DNA from: Phycisphaera mikurensis NBRC 102666
GTDB lineage: Bacteria > Planctomycetota > Phycisphaerae > Phycisphaerales > Phycisphaeraceae
Reading direction: 5' to 3'
DNA: 32,000 nucleotides
Assembly (NCBI RefSeq): GCF_000284115.1
Contig: NC_017080.1
Coordinates: forward strand, 3,750,001-3,782,000
Positions 17,621-27,192 of the stretch are shown here, in pieces. The position numbers and the translations under genes are program-made. The notes below the pieces were generated by a model. That model saw only the letters and a program-made list of their open reading frames with translations, had not been told where the DNA came from and ran no database searches. Position 1 is the stretch's first letter. Each line of letters opens with the position of its first letter.

Positions 17621-19378
17621 TTATCGACCGCCGCCGCCGGCGGCTCCACCCGCCGCCCCGGCTTCCGCGGGGTCGCCCTCGGGGTCCGGGCCCCAGGCGA
17701 ACGCGCGGAGCCGGCAACCCGGCGGCAGGTCGATCGGGCGGCACGAGGCCTCGAGCCAGTCGGCCGCCGCGTCGGTGACGAAGGCGGGGGTCCGCCAGTG
17801 CTCGTCCTCGACGATCACCAGCCCGGTGGCGTGCGCGGCTCTCGCGGCGGCGAGTTCCTCCGGCTCGGTGATCACCGGCCGGCCGTCCTGCGGCTGCAGC
17901 CAGTCGGGGTCTTTGTCGACGTCCAGCGCGACCGAGAGGGTGAGGTCGAGCCGGCCGAAGAACCAGAGCGACTTGTTCCCGGCGCTGGCGATGACGACGC
18001 CGGCCCGCTCCACCCGCGGCCGCAGCACCGCGCTCGCCGCCGCCCAGTCGCTGCGTTGGAAGGGCGATCCGGAGAGGTCGCCGGCGAGCATCTGCACGCC
18101 GCGGGCGATGCCCGGCGACCGCCAGAAGAAGCCGTAGCCGACGACGAGCAGCACCGCCAGGGCCGCGGCGGCCACGCCGGCGGCCCGGGCCGCCGGGCGC
18201 CCGAGCCCCACGCCGCTCCCGAGCGTGCGGACGCCGGCGAGCACGAGCAGCGCGACGCCGCGGAGCGCCTCCGCCATGCCCAAAGCGGCGGCACCGAAGA
18301 GGAACGGCACCGCGTAGAGCAGGTAGCGGAAGGCTTTGGTGGGCACCAGCGAGTGCACCAGCAGCGGCACCAGGCCCATGACCAGGAAGAAGGCGAGGCC
18401 GCGGCGCCGGGCCGCGGCGGAGGGCCCGCCGCGCAGCACCGCCGCCGCCGCCCAGAGCGGCAGCAGGAGCCAGAAGGGCCGGTACCAGAGCCCGAGGCGG
18501 TCCGTGTAGAAGGTCGTGTTGTCCGCGTTGCTCTCCGCCCAGACGGCCGTGTCGGAGGTGACGCTGTCGATGTAGCCCGGCAGCCCGCCGAACCACATGC
18601 CCGCGGCGGCCAGCCCCACGACCGCCGCGGTCACGCCGGCGGACACCGCCCGCCGCCGCACCGGCCAGCCCCACCAGGCGACCAGCCCGACGAGCCCGCA
18701 CCAGATCGACGCCGCGAAGGCCGGCACCAGCGTGGTGGGCTGCATCAAGAGCCCCAGCGCCGCCGCCACCGAGGCGGCGGTCAGCCAGCCCGCCGCCCGC
18801 CCGCGCCGGCCCCGCTTCCACTCCCGCAGCGTGCGGTCCAGCGTCAGCGCCGCCAGCAGCACGAAGAGCGCCTGCGGCGTGTAGAAGCGGACCATCGAGC
18901 TGAACATCAGCGTGTGCACCGCCAGCCCCAGCGCCCCCGCGGCGATCAGCGCCGCGACCAGGCCGCCCCGGCGCGACAGCGTCCACGCCACCAACCCGGC
19001 CGTGGCCGCCCAAGCCAGTGCCCCGGGGATCCGCGCCGCGCCGAGCGTCGCGCCGAACAGCTGCTGGCTCGCATAGACCGACAAGCTGAAGAGCCAGGCC
19101 CGGTCGTACGGCGCCGCCTCGGGGGTGATCCGCAGCCCGCGCCCGGCCTCCAACGAGCGGGACACCAGCAGGTGGTAGTACTCGTCGGTCTGCGGGGTGG
19201 GGTTGGGGAAGGCCAGCGACAGCGCGAGCACCGCGAGGAAGACGCCCGCCGCGATCAGGAAGGCCGTGCCGCGGCGGACCGGATCCCACAGCCCGCTGGC
19301 CCGGAGCTCGGCGGGCGCGCCACCCCCGACGGGGGTGCCGGGCACCCGGCGCGTCACGGCTGTCGGGGATCGCGCCAT
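17621..19378 (-). CDS. Multi-pass membrane protein, GT39/ArnT-like glycosyltransferase
   Basis: 585 aa, NPTPQTDEYYHLLVSRSLEAGRGL (acidic residue after TM1 like GT39/83) and about ten hydrophobic segments. Confidence 0.7.
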   Translation of the reverse strand: MARSPTAVTRRVPGTPVGGGAPAELRASGLWDPVRRGTAFLIAAGVFLAVLALSLAFPNPTPQTDEYYHLLVSRSLEAGRGLRITPEAAPYDRAWLFSLSVYASQQLFGATLGAARIPGALAWAATAGLVAWTLSRRGGLVAALIAAGALGLAVHTLMFSSMVRFYTPQALFVLLAALTLDRTLREWKRGRRGRAAGWLTAASVAAALGLLMQPTTLVPAFAASIWCGLVGLVAWWGWPVRRRAVSAGVTAAVVGLAAAGMWFGGLPGYIDSVTSDTAVWAESNADNTTFYTDRLGLWYRPFWLLLPLWAAAAVLRGGPSAAARRRGLAFFLVMGLVPLLVHSLVPTKAFRYLLYAVPFLFGAAALGMAEALRGVALLVLAGVRTLGSGVGLGRPAARAAGVAAAALAVLLVVGYGFFWRSPGIARGVQMLAGDLSGSPFQRSDWAAASAVLRPRVERAGVVIASAGNKSLWFFGRLDLTLSVALDVDKDPDWLQPQDGRPVITEPEELAAARAAHATGLVIVEDEHWRTPAFVTDAAADWLEASCRPIDLPPGCRLRAFAWGPDPEGDPAEAGAAGGAAGGGGR

Positions 19379-19546
19379 CGTCTCTCACTCCGCACGGCCG
19401 GCCACGGCCCATCGGCTGAGGCGGGCTGCGAGCATCAGAGGGCGGCCCCCCGCGGTCGGAGCCCCGGGCCCGGGAGCCTCTGCCCGGGCCGCCCGCCCTT
19501 GGCCCCCGCCTCCCTAAACGGGTTCAAGAGCGCGAAGGCGAGGCCG

Positions 19547-20740
19547 TCAGAGGAGCCCGACCGCCGGCAGCTCCCCGATGATCGGCTTCACGTAGTCGAC
19601 GAACGCCTCCGTCACGCCCCGCTCGCCGCCGAGGAACGCCTCGGGCATGTGGCGGGTCAGCGCCGCGACCTCGGCGATGTCGATCGTCTTGTAGTCGACG
19701 GCGTAGGGCGAGGAGGAGGTGCGGACGATCGCGATCGAGCCCGATCCGCGGCCGCTCTCGAAGGCCGCCTTCACCGCTTCGCGGCCGGCCTGCCGGGCCT
19801 CCGCCGCGTCGACCTCGCTCACGCAGCCCACGAAGCTGCGCTGCAGGTAGCCGAAGGTGTCGGCCCGCACGCGGAGCTTCTGCCCGAGCCGGTCGCCGAG
19901 CTTCTTCTTCACGAGGTCCGCGAGGAGGTCGCCCAGGGCGCCCGTGCCGGAGAGCTGCACGTTGCCGTGGGCGTCCTTCTCCACGTCCTCCTGGAGCTTG
20001 GTGATGATGGCGTTGCCGTCGGCGTCGTGGATGCCCTCGCTCACGGCGACGAGGCAGCGGCCGAGCTTCTTGTAGACGCGCTCGACGTCGTCGATGAATT
20101 TCTCCTCGTCGAAGGTCACCTCCGGCACGCACACCAGGTGCGGCCCGCTGTCCTCGGCGACGACGCCGGCCAGGGAAGCGGCGGTGAGGAAGCCGGCGTG
20201 GCGGCCCATGACCACGTTGATCTTGATGCCCGGCAACGCCCGGTTGTCCAGGTCGTCGCCCATGAAGGCCTGCGCGACGAACTTGGCCGCGGAGCCGAAG
20301 CCGGGGGTGTGGTCGTTGACCTTCAGGTCGTTGTCGATCGTCTTGGGGACGTGGAAGGCCTTGAGGTCGTAGCCCTTGGCTCCCGCCATCTCGGCGACGA
20401 TGCGGCAGGTGTCCGAGCTGTCGTTGCCGCCGGCGTAGAAGAAGTAGCCGACGTCGTGCTTCGTGAAGCTCTCGAAGATCCGCTCGCAGTAGGCCGCGTC
20501 GGGCTTGTCGCGCGAGCTGCCCAGCGCCGAGGAGGGCGTGCCGGCGATGAGGTCCAGCTTCTCCGCGTCGATGCCGGTGAGGTCCGCGAAGTCGCCCCGG
20601 ACCACGCCGGCGACCGCGTGGCGGGCGCCGAGGATCTTGCCCGTGAAGTCGCTCCGCTGCTGCAGCGTCTCGACGACGCCCGCGAGCGACTGGTTGATGA
20701 CGGCCGTGGGGCCTCCGGATTGTCCGACGACGGCGTTCAT
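19547..20740 (-). CDS. pfp: Pyrophosphate-dependent 6-phosphofructokinase
   Basis: MNAVVGQSGGPTAVINQSLAGV, YFFYAGGNDSSDTC, HVPKTIDNDL, NVVMGRHAGFLTAAS motifs; GGND/PKTIDND type is PPi-dependent. Confidence 0.93.
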   Translation of the reverse strand: MNAVVGQSGGPTAVINQSLAGVVETLQQRSDFTGKILGARHAVAGVVRGDFADLTGIDAEKLDLIAGTPSSALGSSRDKPDAAYCERIFESFTKHDVGYFFYAGGNDSSDTCRIVAEMAGAKGYDLKAFHVPKTIDNDLKVNDHTPGFGSAAKFVAQAFMGDDLDNRALPGIKINVVMGRHAGFLTAASLAGVVAEDSGPHLVCVPEVTFDEEKFIDDVERVYKKLGRCLVAVSEGIHDADGNAIITKLQEDVEKDAHGNVQLSGTGALGDLLADLVKKKLGDRLGQKLRVRADTFGYLQRSFVGCVSEVDAAEARQAGREAVKAAFESGRGSGSIAIVRTSSSPYAVDYKTIDIAEVAALTRHMPEAFLGGERGVTEAFVDYVKPIIGELPAVGLL

Positions 20741-20874
20741 GATTCGTTCCGCGGAGTGAGGGTGGGGCTGGATTGCGTGGGGACCGTACCGCACGATCTC
20801 AAGCCGGCGGGGCGGGGGCTTCACCGCCCCGCCTTCGGGGCCCGTTCCGCGTCGCAACCGCTTCCCGCGCGGCC

Positions 20875-20920
20875 CCGCGGACCGCGGGCTTCCGAGCCCC
20901 GCGAACGCCGCGGTCCGCGG
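20875..20920. repeat. Intergenic palindromic element copy B (46 bp)
   Basis: Perfect 13-bp inverted arms CCGCGGACCGCGG and CCGCGGTCCGCGG; 2 nt from the rhomboid gene stop codon. Confidence 0.8.
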
Positions 20921-20922
20921 AT

Positions 20923-21981
20923 TCAATCGGTCGCCGCCCGGGCGCCGGCGAGCACCTTCTCCGCGAGCTCGCGGTCCGCGCCGCCGAGCTTCGCGACGGC
21001 CGGTCCCAGCAGCTCGGCGGCGCGGCGGGGGTTGCCGAGGTCGCGGGCGTGCAGGAGCGCGGCGAGCAGGGCGACGCGCGGCGCCTGCGGGTCGGCGGGG
21101 TGCCGCCGCAGGAAGCCCTCGTAAGCGGCGGCGGCCTCGGCGGGCCGGCCGTCGGCCGACATCGCGTTGGCCGCGTCGAGCTCGGCGCCGGCGTCCGCCG
21201 CCGGCGGCGCCGCGCTCCCACCCCCGGCCCGGTCCGCCTTGGCCCGGCGCCTCTGGGCCAGCGTGCTGAGCATGTCGCTGTCCTCCCCAGGCAGCAGCCG
21301 CGTCATCAGCAAGAACATGCCGACCAGGAAGCCGGTGAGGTAGCCGGCGAGGTGCGCCTCGTACGCGACGTTGCCGATGCTCAGGAGATTGAACAGCAGG
21401 TCCTGCCCGACGCGGAAGCAGATCAAGACCACCGCGGAGACCTCGAAGCGGCCGATCGCGATCAGGAACCAGTACCAGATCGTCACGTCCAGCCGCGGGA
21501 ACAGCGCCAGGAAGATCCCGGTGACCGCGGCGACCGAGCCCGAGGCTCCCAGCACCGGCGAGGACGACGTCAGCACGTGCGCCCAGCCGGCCAGCACGCC
21601 GCCGGCGAGGTAGAAGAGCAGGTACGGCAGCTTGCCCAGCCGGTCCTCCACGGCGCAGCCGAAGGCGTAGAGGAAGACCATGTTCCCGGTGAGGTGCCAG
21701 AGGTTCTGGTGCAGGAACGGGTACGTGAAGAACTGGTGCAGCCGCGGGTACGCCGGCTGCAGGTAGCTCGTGTAGACGAGGTTGGAGTTCCAGCCGGCGA
21801 GCAGGTCGGGCCGCTGGATGCCCGCGTTGAGGCTCTCCTGCAGCTGGGTCATCTGGTCGCCGAGGGCGAGGATCGACCGCTCGCTCACGAGGAACACCAG
21901 GACGTTCAACCCGATGATCGCGTAGGTCAGCCACGGCATCGCCCGCAGAGGCCGGTCGGTGCCGAGGGGGAAGAAGAGCAT
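20923..21981 (-). CDS. Rhomboid-family intramembrane serine protease with C-terminal TPR-like tail
   Basis: MLFFPLGTDRPLRAMPWLTYAIIGLNVLVF, HMTGNMVFLYAFG-like NLWHLTGNMVFLYAFG, catalytic GASGSVAAV, AHLAGYLTGFLVG. Confidence 0.92.
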   Translation of the reverse strand: MLFFPLGTDRPLRAMPWLTYAIIGLNVLVFLVSERSILALGDQMTQLQESLNAGIQRPDLLAGWNSNLVYTSYLQPAYPRLHQFFTYPFLHQNLWHLTGNMVFLYAFGCAVEDRLGKLPYLLFYLAGGVLAGWAHVLTSSSPVLGASGSVAAVTGIFLALFPRLDVTIWYWFLIAIGRFEVSAVVLICFRVGQDLLFNLLSIGNVAYEAHLAGYLTGFLVGMFLLMTRLLPGEDSDMLSTLAQRRRAKADRAGGGSAAPPAADAGAELDAANAMSADGRPAEAAAAYEGFLRRHPADPQAPRVALLAALLHARDLGNPRRAAELLGPAVAKLGGADRELAEKVLAGARAATD

Positions 21982-22082
21982 GCGGCGGGTGCGGGGTGCG
22001 GGCGGGGTGCGGGCGGGCCTGGGGCGGCGTGGTGGCGTGGCGGCGTACACCGCGATGCCTCGCGGCCGCGCCCGGCCGGGGT

Positions 22083-23105
22083 TCAGCGGGCGGGGATCAC
22101 GGTCCAGACGCGGCCGTCGACGGGCAGGGGCGGCACGAGCGACACGGTCAGCTCGCGGCTGCGGCCCGCGGCGAGGCCGCCGGGCACCGAGACGCCCCAG
22201 GCCGCCGCGTCGGGCGGATCGACCGAGAGGTGCAGGCGCAGAGGCCCCGCCACGGCCTCGCCGTCGTTGCGGAGGGTGACCGCGATCCGCCGCGTCTGCC
22301 CGAGCGGGTCGGCCTCGGGCATCGCCGCGACCGCGACGCCGGGGAGGGGCTCGGGCCGGCCGGCGGCGGTGGAACGCGCGTACACCGTGGCGGGCTCGGC
22401 GGTCGGGGCGGGCGGCGCCGCGGCCGCGATGGGGGCCGGCCGGGGCGCCGGCTCGGGCGCCCGCTCGGCGGGCGCTTCTCCGAGCAGGGCGAACAGCCCG
22501 CCGATGAAGCCCGCCGCCAGCCCCACCGCGAGCACCACGACCAGCGTCAGCCGGCGTCGCGAGCGGGCCCGCTCCGCCGCCTCGCGCCGCTCGCGGGCGC
22601 GGGCTTTGCGGAGCTGGTCGCGGGTGGGCGGCGCCTCGATCGGCCTCGGCGGCGGGGCGTCGCGGCGCCCGCCGCCGGCGGGCCCCGGCGCCGGGCCGTC
22701 GTCCTCGTCGGGTGCCAGCTCCGCCGGCACGCCGATGCCCGAGTCCGCCGCGCCCTTGAACGAGCCGTGGGCGCCGGTGTTCCCGGGGAAGCCGGCTTCG
22801 CCCTCCGACTCGCCGTCGCCGCCCCCATGGGCGTCCTCCGCCCCGTGCATCAGGCCCGAGAGCCCCGAAAGCCCGACCATCGCCTCCGGCTCCTCGCCCT
22901 GGAGCACGTCCTCCTCGGGCTCCCCGCCTCGCGATCCGGCCCGGCCGCCGGCGAGGGCCGCGCCGCCGGGCCCGCCCCCCTCAAGCGTTTCGTCCTCGAT
23001 CCGGAAGACCTCCTCGCACGCCGGGCAGGCCACCTGCGCCCCGATGCGCACGAAGGAAGACTCCTGGACGTGTCCGCAACGGGGGCAGTGGAAGCGGTAC
23101 TTCAT
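22083..23105 (-). CDS. Hypothetical membrane protein with N-terminal zinc ribbon
   Basis: MKYRFHCPRCGHVQESSFVRIGAQVACPACEEVFRIED (CPxCG...CPxC), central TM LTLVVVLAVGLAAGFIGGLFALL, Pro-rich linker and C-terminal beta-rich domain. Confidence 0.75.
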   Translation of the reverse strand: MKYRFHCPRCGHVQESSFVRIGAQVACPACEEVFRIEDETLEGGGPGGAALAGGRAGSRGGEPEEDVLQGEEPEAMVGLSGLSGLMHGAEDAHGGGDGESEGEAGFPGNTGAHGSFKGAADSGIGVPAELAPDEDDGPAPGPAGGGRRDAPPPRPIEAPPTRDQLRKARARERREAAERARSRRRLTLVVVLAVGLAAGFIGGLFALLGEAPAERAPEPAPRPAPIAAAAPPAPTAEPATVYARSTAAGRPEPLPGVAVAAMPEADPLGQTRRIAVTLRNDGEAVAGPLRLHLSVDPPDAAAWGVSVPGGLAAGRSRELTVSLVPPLPVDGRVWTVIPAR

Positions 23106-23241
23106 CCGCTGCGGAGCTTATGGAGGCACCGGCCGCCCGGCCCCGCCGGGTCGCGGCCGCCGGGGCCGCTGGGGGGGGGCCCTGGGCCCGGCCCGCGTCG
23201 CCGCCTCGACAAGGGCGGGCTCTTCGGCGACGCTCCCGCCC

Positions 23242-24072
23242 ATGAGCTTCACCCCCCCCGACCCGGCGGCCACGCCCCGGGCACCCGGCGAGATCTCCGC
23301 CGGCACCGACGGCGCCACCGGCCGCGTGACCCCCTACGGCGCGCACGTGTTCTCGTGGATCCCCGCCGGGCACGACGAGGTGCTGTACGTCTCACCGCGG
23401 GCGGTCCTGGATGGCAGCAAGCCGATCCGCGGCGGCATCCCGGTGTGCTTCCCGTGGTTCGGCGCCGGCGGGTCCGGCGACGCCACGCCCGCCCACGGCA
23501 CCGTGCGCCGCGACACCTGGGAGGTGAGGGAACGCCGCGGCGACGGCGCGGCCTTCGCGACGCGGGCGGGCGGCTTCGGCATCTCGCTGGACGCGAGCTT
23601 CGGCGACACGCTGACGCTCCGCGTCGCCGTCACCCGCACGGCCGACGACGCCGCGGCCTTCGAACTCGCCCTGCACAGCTACTTCGCGGTCTCCGAGGCC
23701 TCGGCGGTGTCGGTCACCGGCCTCGCCGGCGCCCGCGGCCTCGACAGCCTCACCGGCGAGACCTTCGAGCAGGACACCGAGCCCATCCGCTTCGCCGCCG
23801 AATACGACCGCGTCTTCACCGGCTGCCCCGGCCCGCAGACGCTGCACGATCCGGGCCTGAAGCGGAAGATCGTCATCACCCCGGACAACCTGCCCTCAGC
23901 GATCGTGTGGAACCCCCACGCCGCGAAGGCCGGCCGCATGAGCGACCTCGGCGCCGACCAGTACCCGCGTTTCGTCTGCATCGAGAGCGGACGCGTGCGG
24001 CAGGACGCGGTCACGCTGCGGCCCGGCGAAACCTTCGAAGCGTCCGTCGGGATCGCGGTCGAGGCGGCCTGA
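23242..24072 (+). CDS. D-hexose-6-phosphate mutarotase / aldose 1-epimerase-like protein
   Basis: GAHVFSWIPAGHDEVLYVSPRAVLDGSKPIRGGIPVCFPWFG, HGTVRRDTWEV, ALHSYFAVS, WNPHAAKAGRMSDLG...FVCIESG motifs. Confidence 0.92.
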   Translation: MSFTPPDPAATPRAPGEISAGTDGATGRVTPYGAHVFSWIPAGHDEVLYVSPRAVLDGSKPIRGGIPVCFPWFGAGGSGDATPAHGTVRRDTWEVRERRGDGAAFATRAGGFGISLDASFGDTLTLRVAVTRTADDAAAFELALHSYFAVSEASAVSVTGLAGARGLDSLTGETFEQDTEPIRFAAEYDRVFTGCPGPQTLHDPGLKRKIVITPDNLPSAIVWNPHAAKAGRMSDLGADQYPRFVCIESGRVRQDAVTLRPGETFEASVGIAVEAA

Positions 24073-24078
24073 GCGGAT

Positions 24079-24124
24079 CCGCGGACCGCGGGTCAGCGGG
24101 GCCCGCTGGCCTCGCGGTCCGCGG
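24079..24124. repeat. Intergenic palindromic element copy C (46 bp)
   Basis: CCGCGGACCGCGG...CGCGGTCCGCGG between convergent mutarotase and LOG genes, overlapping the LOG 3' end. Confidence 0.8.
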
Positions 24125-24671
24125 GAACGACCGCGTCCAGCGCAGCGAGGGCCTCCTCCGCCGTCGCCACGAAGCGGTACGCCTCGCGGTACGCCGGGCC
24201 CGCGAAGCGGGCGGCCTCGAAGTGGTCGAACAGCGTCCGCAGGGGCGACCAGAAGCCCGCGACGTCGACGATGACCACCGGCTTGTTGTGGTAGTTGAGG
24301 AAGCGGTGCGTCACCACCTCGGCCACCTCCTCCAGCGTGCCGAAGCCTCCGGGCAGCACGACGAAAGCGTCCGCGCGGTCGTCCATCACCTGCTTCCGCT
24401 CCCGCATCGTCTCCACCACGACGAGCTCGTCGGAGGCCTCGAACGCCAGCTCTCGACGCATCATCGCCCGGGGGATGACGCCGGTGACCGCCCCGCCGGC
24501 GGCCTGGGTCGCCCGGGCAACCCGGCCCATCAGACCGACGGAGCCGCCCCCGTACACCAGGCGCCAGCCCCGCCGCCCGACCTCCCGCCCCGTCGCCTCC
24601 GCCGCGGCCGCGAACGCCGGGTCGTCGCCGTCGCCCGAACCACAGAACACGGCGATCTTCATGCCGGGCAA
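24093..24671 (-). CDS. LOG-family protein (TIGR00730-type nucleoside monophosphate phosphoribohydrolase)
   Basis: MKIAVFCGSGDGDDPAFAAAA, LVYGGGSVGLMG, VLPGGFGTLEEVAEV motif. Confidence 0.92.
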   Translation of the reverse strand: MPGMKIAVFCGSGDGDDPAFAAAAEATGREVGRRGWRLVYGGGSVGLMGRVARATQAAGGAVTGVIPRAMMRRELAFEASDELVVVETMRERKQVMDDRADAFVVLPGGFGTLEEVAEVVTHRFLNYHNKPVVIVDVAGFWSPLRTLFDHFEAARFAGPAYREAYRFVATAEEALAALDAVVPADREASGPR

Positions 24672-24918
24672 CGTAGAGGTTGCGCGGCGCCCGGGTCTCC
24701 GCGAGCCACCCGCACCACGGCCAGCGGCCGGCTCGGTCGTGGCCGTGGTCCCGGTCCACCCGCGTCTTCTCGCCGGTGTCGAGGTCGCAGCGGGCGGCGA
24801 CGAGCTCGATCTTCCCGCCCTTGGCGGCGGGACCGACGCACGGCCGGCTCTTGCTCAGGCTCTCGACGGTCTGGCGGGCGTTCTCGGCGTAGGAGGCAGA
24901 CCCGGTGCGGGAGCGGCC

Positions 24919-26988
24919 TCAGGCGTCGGAAAGCACCACGACGGCGTGGCAGGAGAACGGCGGGAGCGTGAGGCGGAGGCGGCCACCCTCCCGGCGGACC
25001 TGGGGTGCGTGCTCGGTCAGCGGGAGCGACACCTCCTTCGTGCCGTCGAGCGCGAGATCCAGCTCCACCCCGTGGAGCGTGGGCAGGTCCTCGATCACCT
25101 CGCAGCCGCCGCGGAGCGTGGGCGTGCCGTAGGTCAGGTGCAGCACGTGCCGGCGGTGCTCCGCCTGCCGGTACAGCGTCGCCCGGCCGGAGCTCCCGAA
25201 GCCGTCCAGCCGGATCTTCGCCACGAAGCCCAGCTCGGCGAGCACGGCGGTGAGCAGCTCGCGGTGCTGGCGGGCGCCGTGGCCGCTGTACATCCTCCCA
25301 AGCGGGTGGGCGATGAGGGCGACGCCGCCCTTGCGGGCGACGGCGACGTGCTCGCTGTCCTCCAAGCGGTAAGGCGTCTCTTGGTGGCTGGTGTAGTGGG
25401 CGTAGGTGCGGTCGAAGAAGGGCTCGCGGATCGAGGCGAGCACCTCGGTTCCGCCGCCGTCGACGGGCACGAAGCGGGGCGCGGCCTCGTAGTTGAGGAA
25501 GGGCCCGCGGCCCAGCCCGGCCCGGGCCCGCAGGGCTTCGCCGGCGAGCGTGTAATCGATCTTGAAGCGGGCGGGACCCGCGTACGCGAGCCCGACGTCC
25601 AGCGCGAGCTCGTCCTCGCCGAGCCGCAGCGCGGCGTCGCCGATCAGCACGACCCTCCCGCCGGCCTCGGCGTAGGCGGCCAGCTTCTCGGCGTCGTCGC
25701 GGGTGAGGCAACGCTGCGTCACGACGACGGCGTCCTTGCCGGCGAGGCTCTCCGGCGTCACCCCCTCGAAGTCGCACTGCGTCTCGAGCAGCATCACGCA
25801 GGCGCCCTCGTCCTCCGGGGAGCTGGAGGTGCCGTGGACCGAGAGATCGCTGGGCCGCACGCCGAAGAGGACGCCCAGGTTGGTGTCGGGCTCGGCGCCG
25901 ACGCAGAAGCGTTCGACCCGCCGGACGTGGGCGAAGACCTCGCCGATGTTGCGGTAGGTCTGCTCGTCGAGCTCGCCGCCGGGGTGCAGCTGGTCGCCGA
26001 AGCTGCAACGCGCGTTGAAGGCGAGCATCGTCGACGCCTCGTAGCGGATCGCGTCGGGGTGCTTGTAGCCGCCGAACTCGCCCCAGGCGGTGTGGAACTT
26101 GCCGCTCATGGCCAGCAGCTCCTTCTTGTCGCGGGCGAAGAAGCGGGCCCGCGGCGGGAGCTTGTCGTAGCCGCCCCAGACGGTCGGCAGGTCCTCGAGC
26201 TCGTAGTGCGTCTGATGCCGCAGGATCCGCGGCGGCGTGGTCATGTGCGTGAGGCCGTTGAAGAAGACCGAGCCGGGCTCCTCCGAATCCGCCGGCCGCA
26301 GCTCGTCGAGGATCGCCCGGCAGTCGCCCAGGAAGGCGTCCCACTTGTCGACGCTATACGCCGCCGCCGCGGCGTCGTCCTCGGCGTCGATTCCCGCCTC
26401 TTCCATCCCCGCCCGGCACCGCTCGCACCAGCAGGTCTCCAGGTTGCAGATGTCGTACCAGAGGCCGCGGGTCGGGTGCTTGGTGAGGATCTCGCGGGTC
26501 AGCTCGAGGATGTGCCGGCGGTAGTCGCCGCTGGGGCAGAGGAACTTCCAGAAGAACGCGTGGTACCGCTCGTCGGGGCCGCCGGTGAGCGCCGGCGGGT
26601 GCTCGTCCAGGTCGCGGTTGGTGTGGATCGTGCCGTCCTTGTTCCGGACGCACCAGCCCGGGTGCATCGAGGCCTCGGTCGCCGACCAGCCCACGGTCAC
26701 GTACGCGGTGGTGCGGATGCCGGCCGCCTCGCACGCCCTCACCTGCTCGCCGAAGAGATCCAGGCCGGGCTTCAAGTTCGGGTGCCGCATGCCGACCTCG
26801 CTCGGGAAGTAGCACCACGAGTGGTGGCCCTTGGCGAAGAGGTTGATCGCGTCGACGTGGCCGAGCTTGAGGGTGGAGACGAAGGCCTCGGCGTCGAAGC
26901 GGTCGCCGATGTTCCCGAGGGCGTCGGAGGTGTGGAAGTCGAGGTGGACCTGGCGGAAGTTCGCGGATCCGAAGCGGGGTCTTGGCAT
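24919..26988 (-). CDS. Glycosyl hydrolase-like protein (beta-galactosidase trimerisation-like, GHL/alpha-amylase superfamily barrel)
   Basis: 690 codons; MPRPRFGSANFRQVHLDFHTSDALGNIGDRFDAEAFVSTLKLGHVDAINLFAKGHHSWCYFPSEVG..., LWYDICNLETCWCERCRAGM, followed by glutamine-amidotransferase-like trimerisation region VVTQRCLTRDDAEKLAAYAEAGGRVVLIG. Confidence 0.8.
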   Translation of the reverse strand: MPRPRFGSANFRQVHLDFHTSDALGNIGDRFDAEAFVSTLKLGHVDAINLFAKGHHSWCYFPSEVGMRHPNLKPGLDLFGEQVRACEAAGIRTTAYVTVGWSATEASMHPGWCVRNKDGTIHTNRDLDEHPPALTGGPDERYHAFFWKFLCPSGDYRRHILELTREILTKHPTRGLWYDICNLETCWCERCRAGMEEAGIDAEDDAAAAAYSVDKWDAFLGDCRAILDELRPADSEEPGSVFFNGLTHMTTPPRILRHQTHYELEDLPTVWGGYDKLPPRARFFARDKKELLAMSGKFHTAWGEFGGYKHPDAIRYEASTMLAFNARCSFGDQLHPGGELDEQTYRNIGEVFAHVRRVERFCVGAEPDTNLGVLFGVRPSDLSVHGTSSSPEDEGACVMLLETQCDFEGVTPESLAGKDAVVVTQRCLTRDDAEKLAAYAEAGGRVVLIGDAALRLGEDELALDVGLAYAGPARFKIDYTLAGEALRARAGLGRGPFLNYEAAPRFVPVDGGGTEVLASIREPFFDRTYAHYTSHQETPYRLEDSEHVAVARKGGVALIAHPLGRMYSGHGARQHRELLTAVLAELGFVAKIRLDGFGSSGRATLYRQAEHRRHVLHLTYGTPTLRGGCEVIEDLPTLHGVELDLALDGTKEVSLPLTEHAPQVRREGGRLRLTLPPFSCHAVVVLSDA

Positions 26989-27113
26989 GGCGGCGGCGCG
27001 GGGGCGATGGGCGAGCGAGAGGGGCGGCACGAAGCTAACGCGGCGGGCCCAATTCGTCATCGATAAACCGTGCCGGTCGACCGACCGCCCGCCGGCCCGG
27101 CGGGTCGTGTAGA

Positions 27114-27123
27114 TTGTCGACAA
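27114..27123. promoter_or_regulatory. Possible operator, palindrome TTGTCGACAA
   Basis: Perfect 10-bp palindrome in the intergenic region between divergent glycosidase genes. Confidence 0.3.
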
Positions 27124-27192
27124 GTCTCCTCCGGCGGCCGGGCACGTGCCCGCACCTCCCGCCGGCTGTCTCCTCCTCCTTTTCGGAGCCCC

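Noticed and set aside
16967-21124. 1385-aa plus-strand ORF
   Set aside because: Antisense to GT2, GT39-like, pfp and rhomboid genes; no coherent domain; high-GC stop-codon scarcity explains it.
21996-24971. 991-aa plus-strand ORF
   Set aside because: Overlaps antisense or out of frame with the zinc-ribbon protein, mutarotase and LOG genes.
24295-27066. 923-aa plus-strand ORF
   Set aside because: Shadow of the LOG and trimerisation-type glycosidase genes.
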